This document shows positions 62,420-64,000 of a stretch of 64,000 nt of DNA, one piece after another. This DNA is from Bacteroidota bacterium. Its GTDB lineage: Bacteria; Bacteroidota; Bacteroidia; UKL13-3. The notes under the pieces are model-generated. The model made no database searches and was not told where the DNA came from. It saw only the letters and a list, made by a program, of their open reading frames with translations. Where the stretch lies: contig JAIYCU010000020.1 of the NCBI GenBank assembly GCA_027487835.1, positions 10,970-74,969 on the forward strand. Reading direction: 5' to 3'. The stretch's first letter is position 1. Each line of letters starts with the position of its first letter. Made by a program: the position numbers and the translations under genes.

Positions 62420-62432
62420 ACCTAGCGTTTGC

Positions 62433-62882
62433 TTAGGCCATTTTTACATTTACAGCCTGTGGACCTTTATGATTAGTTTCAATTTCGAAACTTACCTTGT
62501 TGCCTTCTTTAATATTTACTGTTAAACCAGACGAATGCACAAAAACACCTTCTTTGGTTTTATCATCTTTGATAAATCCATAGCCTTTGCTATCGTTGAA
62601 AAATGTTACAATCCCTGTGCGATACGGATCGTAAATTTCAGCCACTTGCTTGGCTACCCCAATTTCAATGTCTTCTAGTTTAAATTCTTTTTTTCTACTC
62701 GGATCTGGTGGAACAGAAGTTAAATTTCCATTCTCATCCACATAAGCCATCATGTGCTCAATGCCCATACCCTTGGCAGAACTAGCTTTTCTTTGCTCTT
62801 TCTTTTCTTCTTTTTCTTTACGCTTGCGTACTTTTTGTTTTTCTTTTTCCTTCTTGCTGAAGGTTTCTTGTGATTTTGCCAT
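62433..62882 (-). CDS. Cold-shock domain protein with Lys-rich N-terminus
   Basis: MAKSQETFSKKEKEK, AYVDENGN, GIVTFFNDSKGYGFI, VFVH. Confidence 0.92.
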   Translation of the reverse strand: MAKSQETFSKKEKEKQKVRKRKEKEEKKEQRKASSAKGMGIEHMMAYVDENGNLTSVPPDPSRKKEFKLEDIEIGVAKQVAEIYDPYRTGIVTFFNDSKGYGFIKDDKTKEGVFVHSSGLTVNIKEGNKVSFEIETNHKGPQAVNVKMA

Positions 62883-62987
62883 ATAAGTGAACAAAGATAA
62901 CTGATTATCTGATAGATTTTTGGTTTTTTAATAAAAATCATTTGTCATACCCAAAATATACTATTTATTCGCATGAAAATTAATACT

Positions 62988-63560
62988 ATGCTCAATCTTG
63001 TACTTTTTGGCCCTCCGGGCGCAGGTAAAGGCACCCAATCTGCCAAGCTTATCGAGAAATACCAATTAGTTCACCTTTCTACGGGTGATATTTTTAGAGC
63101 AAATATTAAAGGGGGGACCGATTTAGGTGTTTTGGCTAAAAGTTATATCGACGCGGGTAAATTGGTTCCAGATGAAGTTACCATTGGGATGCTTGCCCAA
63201 GAAGTTAATCAATCGCCAAATGCAAAAGGTTTTATTTTTGATGGTTTCCCAAGAACCTCTGCGCAGGCAGAAGCCCTAGATGTTTTGCTTGCTGAAAAAG
63301 GTACAGGCATTGCTATGATGCTTGCTTTAGAAGTAGAGGAGGAAGAACTTAAGAAACGTTTACTCATTAGAGGGAAAGACAGCGGCCGTGCAGACGACCA
63401 AGACCCTGCCATAATTCAAAATAGAATTAATGTTTATAATGCCGAAACAATGCCAGTTAAGTTATTTTATGAAGTGCAAGGAAAATACTATGGCATCAAC
63501 GGAATTGGCGAGATTGAGTCAATTTTTGAGGCACTTTGTAGCCATATAGACAAAGCATAA
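62988..63560 (+). CDS. adk: Adenylate kinase
   Basis: LFGPPGAGKGTQ, HLSTGDIFR, FDGFPRT, GRADD. Confidence 0.98.
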   Translation: MLNLVLFGPPGAGKGTQSAKLIEKYQLVHLSTGDIFRANIKGGTDLGVLAKSYIDAGKLVPDEVTIGMLAQEVNQSPNAKGFIFDGFPRTSAQAEALDVLLAEKGTGIAMMLALEVEEEELKKRLLIRGKDSGRADDQDPAIIQNRINVYNAETMPVKLFYEVQGKYYGINGIGEIESIFEALCSHIDKA

Positions 63561-63571
63561 TATTTTCGTCC

Positions 63572-63613
63572 TTTGTGGTAAGGCCTGCAAAAACTATCTT
63601 TGCAGGCCTTTTT
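63572..63613 (+). promoter_or_regulatory. adk terminator hairpin overlapping the obgE promoter
   Basis: aaggcctgcaaa...tttgcaggccttttt hairpin; TTTG (63572) - 19 nt - TATCTTTG (63595). Confidence 0.7.
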
Positions 63614-63625
63614 AATTTATACACC

Positions 63626-64000
63626 ATGGCCGATTCTAATTTTGTTGATTACGTAAAAATCTGTTGCCGCAGCGGAAAAGGCGGAGCAGGTGCCATGCAC
63701 TTTCACCGTGATAAACATACCACTAAAGGCGGACCAGACGGCGGCGATGGCGGCCGTGGTGGAAATATTATCTTAAAAGGTAGCGCAAATGTTTGGACCC
63801 TTTTGCACCTAAAGTTTAGAAAACATATTATTGCTTCTCCTGGAAATAACGGAGAATCTGCGCTTAGAAGTGGCAAGGACGGTAAGGATGAAATTATTGA
63901 AGTGCCACTGGGAACTGTTGCTAAAGATGCTGAAACAGGCACTGTTTTATTTGAGATTACAAAGGTTGGAGAAACACATATTCTATTATCTGGTGGAAGA
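63626..64000 (+). CDS. obgE: GTPase ObgE, N-terminal part (runs off window; not in ORF track)
   Basis: Manual translation MADSNFVDYVKICCRSGKGGAG..KGGPDGGDGGRGGNIIL..VPLGT. Confidence 0.97.
   Translation, partial: MADSNFVDYVKICCRSGKGGAGAMHFHRDKHTTKGGPDGGDGGRGGNIILKGSANVWTLLHLKFRKHIIASPGNNGESALRSGKDGKDEIIEVPLGTVAKDAETGTVLFEITKVGETHILLSGGR

Larger units (their letters stand above)
2234..62422. repeat. Dispersed 10-14 bp quasi-palindromic repeat GGTT(TG/CA)AACC
   Basis: Exact copies start at 2234, 2943, 5334, 5404, 10651, 21046, 22268, 30632, 40877, 49361, 49640, 58314, 62244, 62413; many 1-mismatch variants. Confidence 0.9.

Noticed and set aside
770..63942. Many 60-160 aa ORFs antisense or out-of-frame within long genes (e.g. 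7851-8324, 41474-41872, 63703-63942)
   Set aside because: Shadow ORFs of well-supported genes with no recognisable motifs
1..64000. tRNA, rRNA, transposase, integrase, prophage or defence genes
   Set aside because: None recognisable; nearly all sequence is accounted for by housekeeping or envelope CDSs

Overview
AT-rich (roughly 35% GC by eye) core chromosomal region of an aerobic Bacteroidota bacterium. The taxonomy is inferred from T9SS C-terminal domains, TAnnTTTG promoters, a GLPGLI protein and the hpt-adk-obgE order. It runs from the 3' half of rpoC through selD, waaA, ugd/UXS, uvrB, cinA, mfd, yggS, mutS2, a complete heme-copper (aa3-type) oxidase operon, surE, dnaB, holA, dpp4, two POT transporters, hpt and adk to the 5' end of obgE. 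I saw no rRNA, tRNA, CRISPR array or transposase. The strongest unexplained signal is a dispersed quasi-palindromic DNA word, GGTT(TG/CA)AACC (extended TYGGTTYRAACCRA). I found at least 14 exact and about 14 near-exact copies by eye, inside genes in all reading frames, in a promoter and in a terminator; it resembles HIP1 or a DNA-uptake sequence. Other notable items: CoxII carries an N-terminal ActA-like monoheme cytochrome c with no alternative complex III genes upstream; ctaA appears to need a non-canonical ATT start; a Zn-ribbon gene is interrupted next to a 22-nt homopolymer; two divergent genes share the start tetramer CATG; and there is an unannotated 51-aa lipoprotein.
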